A DNA stretch of 59,379 nt, counting the filler, from Sphacelaria rigidula (lineage: Eukaryota), in the NCBI GenBank assembly GCA_964200075.2. It is 7 parts of 7 records of this genome, joined end to end, with 100 filler letters (N's around TTAATTAATTAA, not from the genome) between each part and the next. Parts side by side here need not be neighbours in the genome. Positions count along the whole stretch, not along the records: positions 1 to 8,398 come from CAXNAA020011281.1; positions 8,499 to 16,896 come from CAXNAA020011282.1; 5 more parts are not named here. The stretch is one strand, 5' to 3'. Position numbers and translations under genes: made by a program. Shown piece after piece: positions 1-13,200 of this stretch (positions within the stretch are counted from its first letter, which is position 1; each line of letters starts with the position of its first letter). The notes beneath the pieces were generated by a model that ran no database searches, had not been told where the DNA came from, and saw only the letters and a list, made by a program, of their open reading frames with translations.

Positions 1-695
1 AGTTGCATCCTGCTAAGATTGTTCGGACCCAAGCCTACTGATTATCTTTTTTTTGTATGACAGCCAACAATGAGTTGCTTTATTCTGTGGTATCGCCACT
101 TCGAGAGGCAGCCACGGTTTTACACTGCCTCATGCGAGGGGGGGGGGGCTATCGCAACATCCCTCATAAGAAGTGGTCGAATATAAAGTCAGTCATTTCT
201 TCGGCCCGATAAAGATGGACATGAAAACGTTTTGCTGAGGTCTTTCTTGTTCCACAAAAAACGGCATCAAAAAGAATTATCTACCATCATCTCTGGAAAA
301 TAACGTTTGACAAAGCAAAAATCAAAAAGCAATGTCTACTTTGAAAAGGGGGGAGGCCGGGAGGCAACTCCGATTTTTCGAAGCTGGACTCCTGCTCGCA
401 ATAACGCAATGGGACCCGCCACATGATGACGTGCGAACAGGAATTAGTGTCTAGAATAATTTCGGGAAAAATGGAGTGATGACGACCCAGCCCTTCCGAT
501 TCATCCACCCCGTAACAGAACAAAATTCATGCCCGTTAAATGATGCAATGTGACGATATTTTTTCACCACAATTTTCAAGAATTGAAACGAAAAACAAAT
601 CGAGTAACTTCGACCAACATCCCCCCCCTTCACCCCTTCCCCCCGTCCCCCCATCCGGGAGCGTGGAGATGACTCAACAATAATAAAAACGTCAC

Positions 696-2301
696 CTTAT
701 AGCCGAAGAGGTTGAAAGCGCCGGTCCTGGCCGGGAGGAACACTAGAGGGTAGCCGCCTACGATGGACGTTGCGATGGCCAGACGACAGGAGGTCGCCAG
801 GCGGTCCTGCGCAGAAGTACACACATGAGGCGGGCGGAGCACAACAAATCGATTCATGCCGCAAGCAAAAACACTGCATTTGGGCACCAAAAACATGCTC
901 ACGTCGGACAGCTCATGAGCTACCGAAAATTACTCATCAAACGACCCTCAGATATTTTGTCTGAAAACACAACATACGCGACGGCGGGGTCAAAGAAGCC
1001 ATTACGCTGCTAATTTCTCGCTACTCCACGTGCTCAGCGTCCAGCGCTGTGGGGAGAAAAATTGGAAAAGGGCGGCCAAATGAGCAGCTACAAGAGCTCA
1101 TGCTCCGGAACACTACATTTGTAAAAAGTAATATTCAGGTAGCTCATGAGCTGTTCAACGTCTGAAAACATGACATGATTTTGGGGGTGGGGGGGGGGGG
1201 AGGGGGGGGGGACCGCGGGATGCTGTATNNNNNNNNNNCTGCGTCGTCAGTGGGACTTGCAGGGCGCGGGGAGCGACTGGAGCAGGACCGCGGGATGCTG
1301 TATACCGTCATCAGCCACTTATTTGTAGTCACACTTCCGCATTTTCATGTCAACCCCCTTCCCTTCCTCGGGACGAGTCCATGCTGTTACAAGGGACCAA
1401 TCCGGCCATCTCTGCCCCTCCCGGTACAACTAAAGTACACCCCATACATTTTTGGCCGCCATCGTGGATTGGATCATGACTAACTCCCGCACGGCGTCGG
1501 CTGTCGTCGAACAAAAGTCTCAAGTTTGTTACTCTCACCTCCTCGCGCTTTCAACGGTCTCGACAATATTCAAACGCATCTGGCACGTATCGAAATCCGC
1601 CTTCTTTTCACACCGACGGTGTCGCTCGTACTTTTTGAATACAGACCAAGGGGGGTGCCCGATGACGATAAATTACACTTATAAAACAAAAAGTACTGCG
1701 TACAGATTGGAATATTTTGCCTGTTGCAATAGACGCAAAAAGTGAGTCGATACTTTACGCGGTACACTTTTCGACATTACAATCTCTTGTCTAGGATGTG
1801 ATCGTATTTGAGGAATGTAGTTTTGACAAAGTCGAGAGGGGGCTATCTGGCCATAGCGTGGGGGGGGGAGAAGTTCAGGCGTTCAGAGGTCGGCCGAAAG
1901 GTAACATATTATTGTTCCGAAATGAGATGCGGTTGCCGACGATGGAATTGAAAGCAGATGAAATGAATGCACCTGCTTGCTTACTAGCTTTCAGGGGCCT
2001 GCCTTGCCTACTCCTCCGTGTTCTGCACTGATCATGGCCGACGTGTACAACGGAGTACGCCTAATGATGGGAAAGGGGGAGGTGGGGCCGGGCGGAACCG
2101 ACTTCACAGCCGCGGTATGCTATTCTCCGTACTTCTCTCTCTTGCTCACCGCCGTGGCGTAATTGTTTAGGATGAATCCCTTAGAAGCTCCGCCAAAGGT
2201 CAGGAAGGGGAAAAGCGTCATGACCGTGATGAAGCCGACAGCCGCGGCAAACGAGGATCCCACAACCATGTTGAACCTGACAGGACAACAGAGATGGTTA
2301 T

Positions 2302-2345
<44 letters not shown>

Positions 2346-3398
2346 AGACAGTAGAAAGAGGGAGGGAGAGCGTGTACGTTCTTAGACACCCTACAGATAG
2401 AGAATAAAAAGTCTGGGTATTCGATTAAAAAAAGAGAGAGAAGGCAACCAGCATGAAACATGAACAAACATAATAAAATTGCCAAGCTAAGGCCGGATGT
2501 TATGGCAAACAGATTTTTGGCCCACGCATTGTTCACTTTTGGGACATTTGAGCCACTTTTTGACCCCCAAACAGGGAAAATCGCCCAACACACGTCTTGG
2601 ACACTGTACATCACCCCACAGAGAGGAGCCTAATCCACTTTACAGATTCGCTCGGCTCCAAGGTTTCGAGAGCGGCCGCTGAACAATAATCCGTGTGCAA
2701 TAAAATCTGCGGCCATCTCCACAGATTATTGCGCAAACTGGCGGGGTTCGGCAAGCACAGATTTTTGCACACGGTTTTTTGTTCAGCGGCCAATCTCGAA
2801 CCATTGATCCAGACGAATCTGAGAAGTAGACTAGGCTCCTCTCTGTGGGATGATGCAAAGTGTCCGAGACGTGTGTTGGGCGATTTTCCCTGTTTGGGGG
2901 TCAAAAGGTGGGTCAAACGTCCTAGAAGTGAACAATCCGTGGGCCAAAAATCTGTTTGCCATAACAACCGGCCTAAGATCCAAGTAACGGTTGCCAAAAA
3001 TACCCCGCAATTAAGCATATTCTACTCGACCTGCGGTTGGAATCTTTTGTCCATTGCAGTAGACGCTATCGTGGATACTGTACGCAGCACACTTTTTAAT
3101 AGTATTAATAGTCTATCGTTGGGGGAGTGAACTGTATGCTTTGTTACCAGAGTCAGCTACTTTTTCACATTGGCCGCCAACTCCACAAAGCCACCGACAG
3201 TGCCCCTTCATCGCGTCAAGCCAACCCCTCAACAGAACGTCGAGCATGTCCACCGCACATTTGCAGCTAGTTTCAAGGCAGTTACTTCCTCGCATCAGCC
3301 ACGGCTACTTTCCAACCGATCCCCAACTCCATCTGCAGCGCCTTGCGCGTCACCGCCAACTTAGCAACAAAACCTCAGAAACACTATTAACGCACATG

Positions 3399-3447
<49 letters not shown>

Positions 3448-5879
3448 GATAACGACCACTGCTACATCCCTCAAGGATCACCTAACGTGCGAAGACTCAT
3501 CATTCAACCAGCCAACCAATCAAATCAAACAGCAAACCTGAAGCTTTGGTCGTATATATATGGTTGACAACATGACTACTTGATTTTAGACTTGAGAAAG
3601 TTTTGAGAAAGTTCATGGTTTGGGGCAGGTGAGTAGTGAACTCAGCTCGTCCAGAACGTGTTTGTGTCGAAATCGGCGCCTGCGGCGTCGATTTGAGGTC
3701 TGCCAACGCACACCCTGCCTAGGAAAACCTATGCACCCCATCGCCCGAGGGTCTCGTATGCCTCGGGTCGGGGTCAGGGTTAAGGGTTAGGGTTATTATT
3801 CGTTTGTTCCAAGAAATCAACCATAGGTACACCACCAGAACTTCAGGTCGCCTCAAATCAAAATACATGTCAACAATTTCAGCAATGGAGTGCCGCGTCA
3901 TGTCTCTCCTTCCGTATAGTACCCCCCCCACCCCACCTGCACCTCTTGACAACGGTGCTCCGTCCCGAAAGGGACGCATTATCAATAGTCAAACGACCAA
4001 GGAAAGTAACAAAAGAGTGCGCCCCTCCCCCCCCCGCTCCCCACCTCTTGACGGACTTGTCCTTCAGCTCCGAATAGAACTTGGGTGCGTTGAAGTGTGC
4101 CACGAACGCGGTGGAGAGCATAGACACCAGGATCAGGGTCAACGGGTTGAGCTTCGCCGAGCCCCTGAAGAAAGGCCGAGCGTTCTCCGCGAGCCCCGCG
4201 AAGAAGCGTCCACCTTCGACGTAGCTGTTACAGAGAGATGATCGATAGTTCCGCAGATAGTCGTCGTAACGTAGAGAGGGCGGACGAGGCGGAACAATCG
4301 GTGGGTTAAAAAAAAGCATCCATCATCGGGGTCACTTTTACGAGGGGAGTGGTTCCAAGCAGTGTTATCTATGCATTTTGGGAGGGAGGTGGTGAATGGA
4401 TGGGTGTAAGAACGCCACGTTCGGAGGAGCTTTTCACAGCGAAACAGTTTCACACATTGTCACCATGTCTTGTTCACCTGACTGGGGTTTTTGAGAAGGG
4501 TAGGGGAGGGTGGGGCAATTGGAATAGCTCGAAAAACAGGAGGGTGATGCGAATCTCACCTCTTGTCGAAGTAACGGATGGCCATGACTACCGCGGTGTA
4601 GAGGGTACCGAAGACGCCCAACATGGACGTATAAGACAGAGCGCTCAGATCCTGCGACGATCGAAATCGCCAAAAAAGAAGAGCGGTCAATACCAACGAA
4701 CAGGGCATTGGTAAATTGTCCGCCACCCTGAATCATACGTCGCATCGGCATCATCTTCACTCTAGAACGTGCAGTAACACTCAAAATAACCCAACCTAGT
4801 GGTGAATAGGATAACAGGCCAAGCAAGCGAGCCAGCCAAACAAGCGAAAACGAACTAAACGAGTTTTTGAAGTGATGGATCGTGATCACGCTACTACGTC
4901 GGTGCAGCCGTGGTAACAAATAACACTTTCAATAACCATGTACACACAGATCTCATCTTGCCACCGGAAATGTGCATCCGAAAACACACACACACACACA
5001 CACACGCACGCACACGGGAATGAAAAAAATACGCGTAGAAGATTTTCAACCTGTCGTCTCGGAGCTGTCTGGGCGAGCATACACCTGGCAGGGACGCTCA
5101 AGCTAGCTAGACGTGTGGGACGTGGGAAACACTCACCAGAGCAAGCACAATAGTGACACCATCAACACGTAAAAAGCAAAAGGTCGTACTGTACGCAGCC
5201 GAAATGCCTACGGAAGGTTCGAGAAGCACCTCCAAAAAAAAGCACAACGCGCTGCAACGCCGTGAAATCTCAACGTAGTCCACCAGCGAGTGCGGGACGC
5301 TGCTGACCCACCGCGTGATATTGAGAACGAGATCGGGACCTAAGGTGGGGGTGACTGGCCGCGACACAAGCAGGAATGAGAAGCAAGTGGAACAGGCACG
5401 CATTTTGATGAAAACTCAACACAAACCACAACCTCACGCACACGCTCGCCCAAGCACATGCGCGTCCACGACACATTTTAGTATGACACATACTGGGGGG
5501 GGTACAGACTGGGATATAACACTACTACACGGTCGTCCCGGTGGCTCAGTTAGTAGCCTCGGAACCTTCTGAAGGTTGGGTCGTGGTTCGAATATCGGAG
5601 CGGTCTGGGATCTTTTCTCACATAATGCCCCACAACTGTACAGTGGGGAGCGATCATGTCGTGGAGACACAACAGTCGACTTGACGGTCGACGACGGGAA
5701 AGAATCGCTGAATCCCTATCGCGATAAAAAATCAAAGGCAAGCGCCGCAGAAGGAAGGTGGAGTGCCAAAACAAGTAAAAACTAAAAAACTCTTGTGTTG
5801 ATCTTTCTCATATGTGACCCCGGTTGGTGCGCCCACATGTACCCAAAAGGGGCAGACCGGCGTCCAGAACAGATGGGAG

Positions 5880-5914
<35 letters not shown>

Positions 5915-6206
5915 CTTGAGCATGCACAAGGGCAGCAGCACGGTGGCGCTCACGAGGCAAAGGATGTTCGTGCGAGCAGCGAGCATGGCGGGGGCTCCGA
6001 ACGCCGACATTACGTCCGCAAAAATGTCACCTGAAGCAGGGCACACAACGAACCGTCGGCGATTATCCCGCATGTCTGACCATATCCATGCTCAATTATC
6101 CCGCATGCATGGACCTCACGTGGGACTTTCTTCTGCTATAGTTTTTTTAATCCCTCCCCTTCCTCAGGACGAGTTTTCTTGTCTCGGGGGGATCAACCAA
6201 TTCTCT

Positions 6207-6241
<35 letters not shown>

Positions 6242-7023
6242 TCCCTTCCTCTCCAACCCCACTCTGCCTCTCCCCGCCACCNNNNNNNNNNTTTTTCTTT
6301 ATTTTTTTTAATCCCCCCCCCTCCCCCGGGCGGGTTTTTTTTTTGTGGGGGGAACCACCCATTTTCCTCCCCCCCCCCCCCCCCCCCGTACCATTCTGTT
6401 CTCTATGACAGCCAAATATGGGTCATCCTCGTGCCAAGAACCACACTCGACGACAGGCCCATTCGTGGACGCGAAGGATGTCGGTGCAGTAGACCAAAAC
6501 GGAGTAAAACTGTGGGAGGGGGCGGGGGGGGGGAGGGTCGATTGACCATAAGAATATCACACAAAGTAATGACTATACCGCAACATGACATGCCGTGCGG
6601 AAATGACGACACGTACAAGTCGGTGATACTGCCTCGTCAGTGTGGACTGCACTGCTCACGAGGAAATGGGCTGACTTCTATGGCATCGCCTGCCCCCCAC
6701 CCCGCTCCGCCGTCATATTGTGACTCTCTCCTCTTCCTCGGGATCGATCCACCAACCCATCTCCATCGTCCCTATTATAGAAAACAAGAGATAAAATAGA
6801 AACGCCTAGGGCGGGGATTGGAGAGGGGAGGGGGACCCCAAATGACACAAAGTTATTTGGGATCAGACACTGACCAACAATGATCGAGTAGGCCATGCAC
6901 GCGAAGAACGTCTTGGCCGTGCAGCTCGAGGTAGGCAACCAGGACGTTTTCTCTCCAACAGTTTTGGCCCAAGCGTCGCCGTAAGAAGATGCGCCGGTAG
7001 CCTCGCACACACGTCCGATAAGG
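696..7023 (-). CDS. Amino-acid transporter (Aa_trans/SLC38-like), partial; six exons: 7023-6875, 6030-5915, 4651-4560, 4224-4045, 2276-2150, 806-696
   Basis: All six exons have AG/GT boundaries with matching phases. They splice to LIGRVCEATGASSYGDAWAKTVG...MAYSIIVGDIFADVM...VLLPLCMLKDLSALSYTSMLGVFGTLYT...STAFVAHFNAPKFYSELKD...FLTFGGASKGFILNNYATADRLATSCRLAIATSIVGGYPLVF, which are typical Aa_trans motifs. 5' and 3' exons were not found in this contig. Confidence 0.9.
2491..2973. mobile_element. PIF/Harbinger (Tourist-like) MITE in a transporter intron
   Basis: Long imperfect terminal inverted repeats (GGCCGGATGTTATGGCAAACAGATTTTTGGCCCACG... / ...CGTGGGCCAAAAATCTGTTTGCCATAACAACCGGCC), with TAA on both flanks as a 3-bp TSD. 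Confidence 0.85.
5531..5790 (+). mobile_element. tRNA-derived SINE
   Basis: Pol III A-box-like TGGCTCAGTTAG (5542-5553) and B-box-like GGTTCGAATAT (5585-5595), then a non-tRNA body and an A-rich tail. It does not fold as a complete tRNA. Confidence 0.55.
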
Positions 7024-8219
7024 CTTTTGAACAGGGATCAAGTGAATCAGGAAACGGAAAAAGAACAGTTCAGAAACACACACACGAAAGTAGTACAAGC
7101 AAGAAGTTATTTTGGATCAACTCATTGCATGCGTAGAAGATATCGGATACGTTTCCTCCCAGGTTATATTTACAGTACAAGTATATACGAGAAGTTCATT
7201 TATTCTCCAAGATGGCACAGATGCGGTCTACTGTATGGAATAATAACAAGCGGCTCCGTGTTTTGTATATTGACACCATCAAGTAGCCAACGCGTTGAAG
7301 CACAGCAGAAAAGAAGCAGCGTAAGTGTATAGCCCAGCGGACGGGGGCACATGGAAAATGACCAATATATAAACTACGGGAAGATTATCATGTACCAGAA
7401 TAGACTGCTGCTCCGTGCTCAAAAGAGTGTTTGAAAGAAGAAAAACGGCCAATTGAAAAATATTTCGACACTAGGGAAAAGCTGCCACTTTTAAGAGTAG
7501 AGATATCATGAATCACAAAAATGGATCCCAGAAGCACGGCGGATAGGGGACAGGGGGGGGGGCTACGATCACGACTATCTCGTAACATTTCCAACAAATC
7601 TCACGTTTCACGTTCGAGTTGTGGAAAAAAAAACATCTAGGAACCGCACACATTTCACGGTCTTTCAATAGTAAAGTAACCTTCAGCAGCAACAACAGCA
7701 GCAGCTAAACTGCAACGCAACACATACTGAAAATCCCGGGTCTAATAATGAGACTGCTGCGCATGAGCATGACACGATCACCCGCTATAATTTGCAGTGA
7801 GATCCAAAAGAGGGGGCGAATATGAAAAACGAATGTGAGATGCAGACGCTACTCCCGGGCTAACGGGAAAATCGTACTGCACAACGTACCCCATTCTCAA
7901 GCGAGGAAAAGACGGAAAAACGCGGAAAACAAGATAAAACATTGGAAACTTTAATGGAAATTGACGGGCTGCGTGAGTGCTGATCATCATCATCCAATAC
8001 TCGACACTCAAGTCTGCGAACTAATTCTGAGGGTTAGGGGATAAGGTTAGAGTTGGGGTGAGGGTAAAAACACGGAGCCCCTCACGCTGTTCGTATTTCT
8101 ATCCTCCTCAACTATCGTGCCAAGTAATATATACGTTGCGTTGCCCTCAGACGAGGACCAGAGTACGATTTCTGGAGATTGACCTATGGCGACACGACCT
8201 ACTCAAAGGCGGGAGAGGG

Positions 8220-8398
8220 GGGGCGGGGGGGAGCGTACTCCTTCGTTGCTTGCCCTGATCGTTTGACCATGAACCACGGATCTCTTTCGAGACGGAGCAT
8301 CAGAGGCGGGAGAGGGGACGGGGGGGGGGGGGGTACTCATGATCATGCATGCCATAGTCATAAGACCATTGACCTCGCATCCCGACAAAGCCGGCACG
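8220..8398. repeat. Two tandem units (subfamilies A and B) of a short G-run-associated interspersed repeat
   Basis: Related copies at 8499-8560, 24781-24858 (inverted), 33810-33890, 42488-42520 (fragment) and 59311-59379. Confidence 0.85.
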
Positions 8399-8498
8399 NN
8401 NNNNNNNNNNNNNNNNNNNNNNNNNNNNNNNNNNNNNNNNNNTTAATTAATTAANNNNNNNNNNNNNNNNNNNNNNNNNNNNNNNNNNNNNNNNNNNN
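8399..8498. other. Artificial contig spacer (also at 16897-16996, 25394-25493, 33891-33990, 42388-42487, 50884-50983)
   Basis: Identical 100-nt N44-TTAATTAATTAA-N44 six-frame-stop linker recurring every ~8497 nt. Confidence 0.98.
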
Positions 8499-8684
8499 CC
8501 TTAGTCATTTGACCATTGACCACGCATCCCTTTCGAGACGGAGCATGTGGGGGGGGGGGGGCAGCAAACGTTTTTCATTGCAACTCGGTCACATCCGTCG
8601 AACATCAATTTTTTGCGACAATTATGTTGAAACTAATCCCACTTGGCTGGGTAGCTCTGAACAAACAGAAAGCTTAGAGCTCTG

Positions 8685-9545
8685 CGAACGTGTTTGTCGA
8701 GTTCGGCGTTGCCAACCACGGAGAAGAATGCTCGACTTTGTTCCGAAAATCCGGGAATAGGTCAATTTATTCCCCGAATTGCCTCTTTTCCCTCTTCGGT
8801 GCCAGAAAGTGATGCATTGTGAGGCGTTGTGATGCATTGCGATGCGTGAAGGTTTGTGCCGGAGGAAAATATCTGGAACGTCCTGGCTCTAGGTGTTCCA
8901 TTTTCTCAGCATTGTCGATTTCTGGTGATTTGGGGGCATCACTCAACGTGCGTCATAGTGCCTTAATCGTAAGGCATGAACACTAGATTTTGGGAGATTA
9001 CTGTCAAAATGTATCTCGATGGGTTTATAGAGCAGAAAAAGAAGCAAAACGTTTTCGTCGAGTACGGCGATGCCAAACGCAGAAATAATGACGAAATTTG
9101 TTCCGAAAACTAGGGGATCGGCTATTTTCATCCCCGGATTTTTTTCTTGTGCAAAACGGACTGCACTAGTGTCACACACATTTGAACCAAAAGAGGAGGG
9201 CTGAAACGTCCCAGGTGTTACATTTTCGTAGTCATTATCGATTTCTGGTGAAAAATGAATGATTAGGAGGCACCACTCAACGTGCGTGATAGAGTACCTT
9301 AATCACAACCGATGAGCACCAAATTTCGGGAGACTACTATCAGAACGTGTTTCGATGGGTTGAAAAAGAACAAAAAAGAAAACATTAGTTTTCGTCGAGT
9401 ACGACGTCGCCAAACACCGACTTAATGGCGAAATTTGTTCCGAAAACAGGGGATAGGCGATTTTCATCCCCGGATTATTATTGTTTTACTCGAAAACGGA
9501 CCGCACTAACCTCATAAACATTTGTACCAAAGGAGAAGGTCTGAG
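8685..9545. repeat. Degenerate tandem repeat, about 3 units of ~335-365 bp
   Basis: GTCGAGT(A/T)CG(G/A)CG..GCCAA...TTTGTTCCGAAAA..GG recurs near 8696, 9057 and 9394. Longer similarity between ~8920-9230 and ~9240-9545. Confidence 0.75.
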
Positions 9546-10229
9546 ATGTCTAAGGTCGCGAGAAATCAACTGGTGCGTAAAGTGTACCGTAATTGGAACA
9601 GAGGGTGTTTTGGTCGCACTTTTACGTCAATAGAGCCATACTCCACATCTACTCCTGCAACGTGGTTTGACTGTTTTCAATTTTGAAAAGCTTGGGTGAT
9701 AAAGGATGAAATTGTCTTTTTCCGGATACTCTGGTCATTGTTCTACGTGTCGTGTTTCCCACGAACCAGAGTTTTTCCCGCCAGGTGCCTCAAGCGTACC
9801 TTAATTGATACATTTACCTCTGATCGGTTATACTTACGCTCTAGGATTGTAACTGTACATCTGCCTGGATACAAGGGAAATGGATATTAAGATTGGATCA
9901 TGACATACAGGGGGTGTACGAACAAGAGATTAGTTCTCTTATTTGAGGTATACCCGATGTAGTGCTTGCAGTACATATCTACTGGAGGCACACGCTTTCT
10001 CGCGTGGCGAAAAGATGGGATTATGACGTGTGATTTTGTATGAGTGATTTCCCGATCCACCTCGTTCAGTGTGCGAGCGGTGAGCGTGTTTTTGTTGTGT
10101 ATGCGAGGACAAAAAATGGGTTTCTACATTTTACATGGAGAGTATAATATACATTTTTCTACTGGGGAATTGATTCATCAACGGAGGTCCCACGACCTGT
10201 TTCAAACACGGACCCTTGCGCCGAGCAGA

Positions 10230-13200
10230 TAATTCAGCCTTTACCGCCTTCACGAACAGAGCATCCTTCACTACATTCCCCATCGCTACGTGTTCAGCCT
10301 GAGTAGAAGAGAGAGTTTCTTTCTTTTGAGTGCAAGAGAAAAATCCTACAACAGCCCCGCAGAAAAATATCGCGCCTCCCGACACTGAGCACCGATCATC
10401 AAATTTCGCATAGTTTGCATCCGCATACGCGACCAACTCGTCACTCGAACCCCTAGCATACGTGATTCCCAAGTCTACTGTTGCCTTGAGCTACTCGAAA
10501 ATCCGCAACACTTTGCGCCAGTCCTCAGGCGTCGGGTTTTCGTTGTGGCGGGATGCAGCTCTCACGGCGTCAGCGATGTCCGGGCGGCTTTTGATGGAGA
10601 GCCACATCAAAGATCCCACAGCCTCACGGTACGTCCCCTCGAAATCCTCTCCCTCATTCAGCTTGAAGTCAGAAGAAACAAACGCAGGGGTTGCAGCGGT
10701 CCTTTTGATCGAAAACCTTTCAAGAATCCGCTGAGTATATGCAGTCTGAGACATTTTGAGGATTTATTTCTCGAGATCGTGTTTGTACTCACATGCTGCG
10801 TACCAGACCAGCTCACCAAGATCCTTTGTTGGAAAATGTGCGTTGAGATCCTCTGCCAACTTGTTGCACACAGACTCAGCATCTACAACGAATATGTCAT
10901 CGACGTGAACCACAATCAGAACTTTGACCTCGTCGCCGTCCATCAGCCTGAACACACACGGATCTACCAAACTCTGTTCGAAACCCAAACCTTTCAGAGT
11001 TTTCCCAGTTTCCCGTACCACTCTCTGGCAGCTTGCTTCAAGTCATGAAGCGTCTTGTGCAAATGTACGACAATGTCAGATCGTCCACCCAAACCTGGCG
11101 GTAGCCTCATGTACACGGCATCCTCTAGTTCCGACTGAACGAAAGCTTGCTCAACGTCAGAATGAAAAATCGCCTTCCCCTCTGCGCAAGCTGCCGTTGC
11201 AGCTACTCGGTTAGTCGTAGTGGGTGGCGTTGGTGAGAACGTCGGAACGTCACCAATTTCTTGCTGATCACCCCTAAACCCAGTCGAGCCTTAGCCTTCA
11301 TCACGTAACCATTTGCATCGGTTTTCCACTGAAAAACCCACTTCGAACCGACCGCTTTCTCTCCATACGGGGGTGAGTCAATTAAAGTCCACCTGTTATT
11401 GCGTTCTAGCCTCTCTACTTTCTTCTTCATCGCGTCCAACCACACACTCTTGTACTTCGAACTGTACACATTCTTCGCAGACTTGGCGGTTGACTCAATC
11501 TCATCAAGAGTCACCTATGGGATCAACTCCAACCCAGACTCCCCTGAGTGTCTTGGGTCCTCCGTGCTTGCCAGCCTAGCTAGGATCTGTTCCGTAGCCC
11601 ACAAATCCCCCGTGGCTGTCCACAACGCATTATGATCACCCTCATGCTCCCGCAGGTCTGGAACTTGCTGTTAAAGTCGCTGCTGCTGACGCTGCTGCAG
11701 CAAGGTACGTGTCTGTTGCCTTATCCGGCCAAATGTCGGCTCAACCGAGTCAGGTTGATTCGCGGCATCCCCGCCACCGCTGACAGACGATGTCTCCGAA
11801 AGATCATCATCAGAGGATGAAGACAGCGCAGACTGCTGCTGGCCAGATTCTTCGACGTTGTTGCCGCCTCGCTCCTCCTCAGGTTCCACCATCCCATCAG
11901 GTTCCTCTGACAAAGCACCACCCGGAACCCCTCCACCAGTGCCGAGGTCCGACTTATCAGAGTCAGAAGCAGAGCTCTCGACATCGCCCTCTCCGCTCTC
12001 CACATCCTGTGAGTTTTCCCCTCCCGACATAGAAAACGGAATCGCTTGCTGCGAGTTTTGGGGGGCGAGTGCTGCCAAATAACATCGCGAGTAGTGATTA
12101 TATATCTGCCTTTCGTCTGCATTCTCATGGTATCACGGGGATAGTTGCAGCCAGGCCCTAAGTAAAAACACTCCTGTGCTTTCGGCATACACTTCGACGT
12201 CCTCCTATACCTACAGCATCCTGGCTTGAAGAAGGGAGAAGCATGACTTCAGGCACTTCACCGTAAAACACCTCATCTGGGGAATTTTTCCCAGGGTTAC
12301 CAGTGGTAGCAGAACGGTTCAACGCATCTGCTGCCCAACGATACGACTCAGCCCACATCCTTGCCGGAACATCCACACCATACAGTACCTTTGCCTGAAT
12401 CCTAGCTGCCATGGCGGCTTTCTCAACCATCGCGATTGCCCGTTTGGCAACACCATTGTACTCGGGACTGTCTGCTGGGGTGTACTATTGCCTTATGTCA
12501 CGCTCACGACACAAATCACTGAAAGAACCTGAAAACTCTCCACCACCGTCAGACCTTACGGTCTCTACAACTGAGAAAATGCACTGTGCTCTTACATCAG
12601 CCAGGTATTGCTTAAACGCCCTCGTGGTATCAAACTTATGTTTCCCGGAATACATCCAGATTTTCCGGGTGAAATCATCACGGATGAGAAAAGAATACTT
12701 CATGCCACCTGCACTCTAGCCCAATTTCGGGCCAGACGCATCCATGAACACACGCTCGAAAGGCTTAGCTTCACGCGCAATGGTGGGCGTAGGGATGGGT
12801 ATCCGCAACCCTTTCGCCATTGAGCAGCCTTTGCACTCGTGCAACTTGCCCGCCAGTATCACCCCCAGCTGTTTCGCCGTTTCTCGTAACAAACCCTCGT
12901 GCAGGTGCCCGTGTGACTGGTGAAACAAATTTATGTCCACCTGATTACGGTCAACAGACATCTTGCCCGGGGCAAGGATAGCTTGCGCGGATTCATCGGG
13001 GTCAGACTGATGAGTTTTCGACGAACAATTGAATGACAGGCTACGGTGGGTTGGGGTCACGACATCGTTCCTGCCGTCCTTCTAATAAAACAGTGTCTTC
13101 CCACCGGGCAACGTGATTTCAGTGCCCTCTCCTGTCAGACTAATCGGCAAACCATGCTCAACCACTACACTCTGCAGGGAGAAAAGGTTTACGTCCAAAT

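Noticed and set aside
3768-3797. Telomere-like GGGTTA repeats (also ~8030-8065)
   Set aside because: Only a few degenerate units at internal positions; not a telomere.
5531-5605. Functional tRNA gene
   Set aside because: The acceptor and T stems are poor and it continues into a SINE-like body.
9905-10145. PPT-like AGGGGG, TGT...ACA and TGG as an LTR
   Set aside because: No second copy, TSD or recognisable PBS, and it does not match the Copia 5' region.
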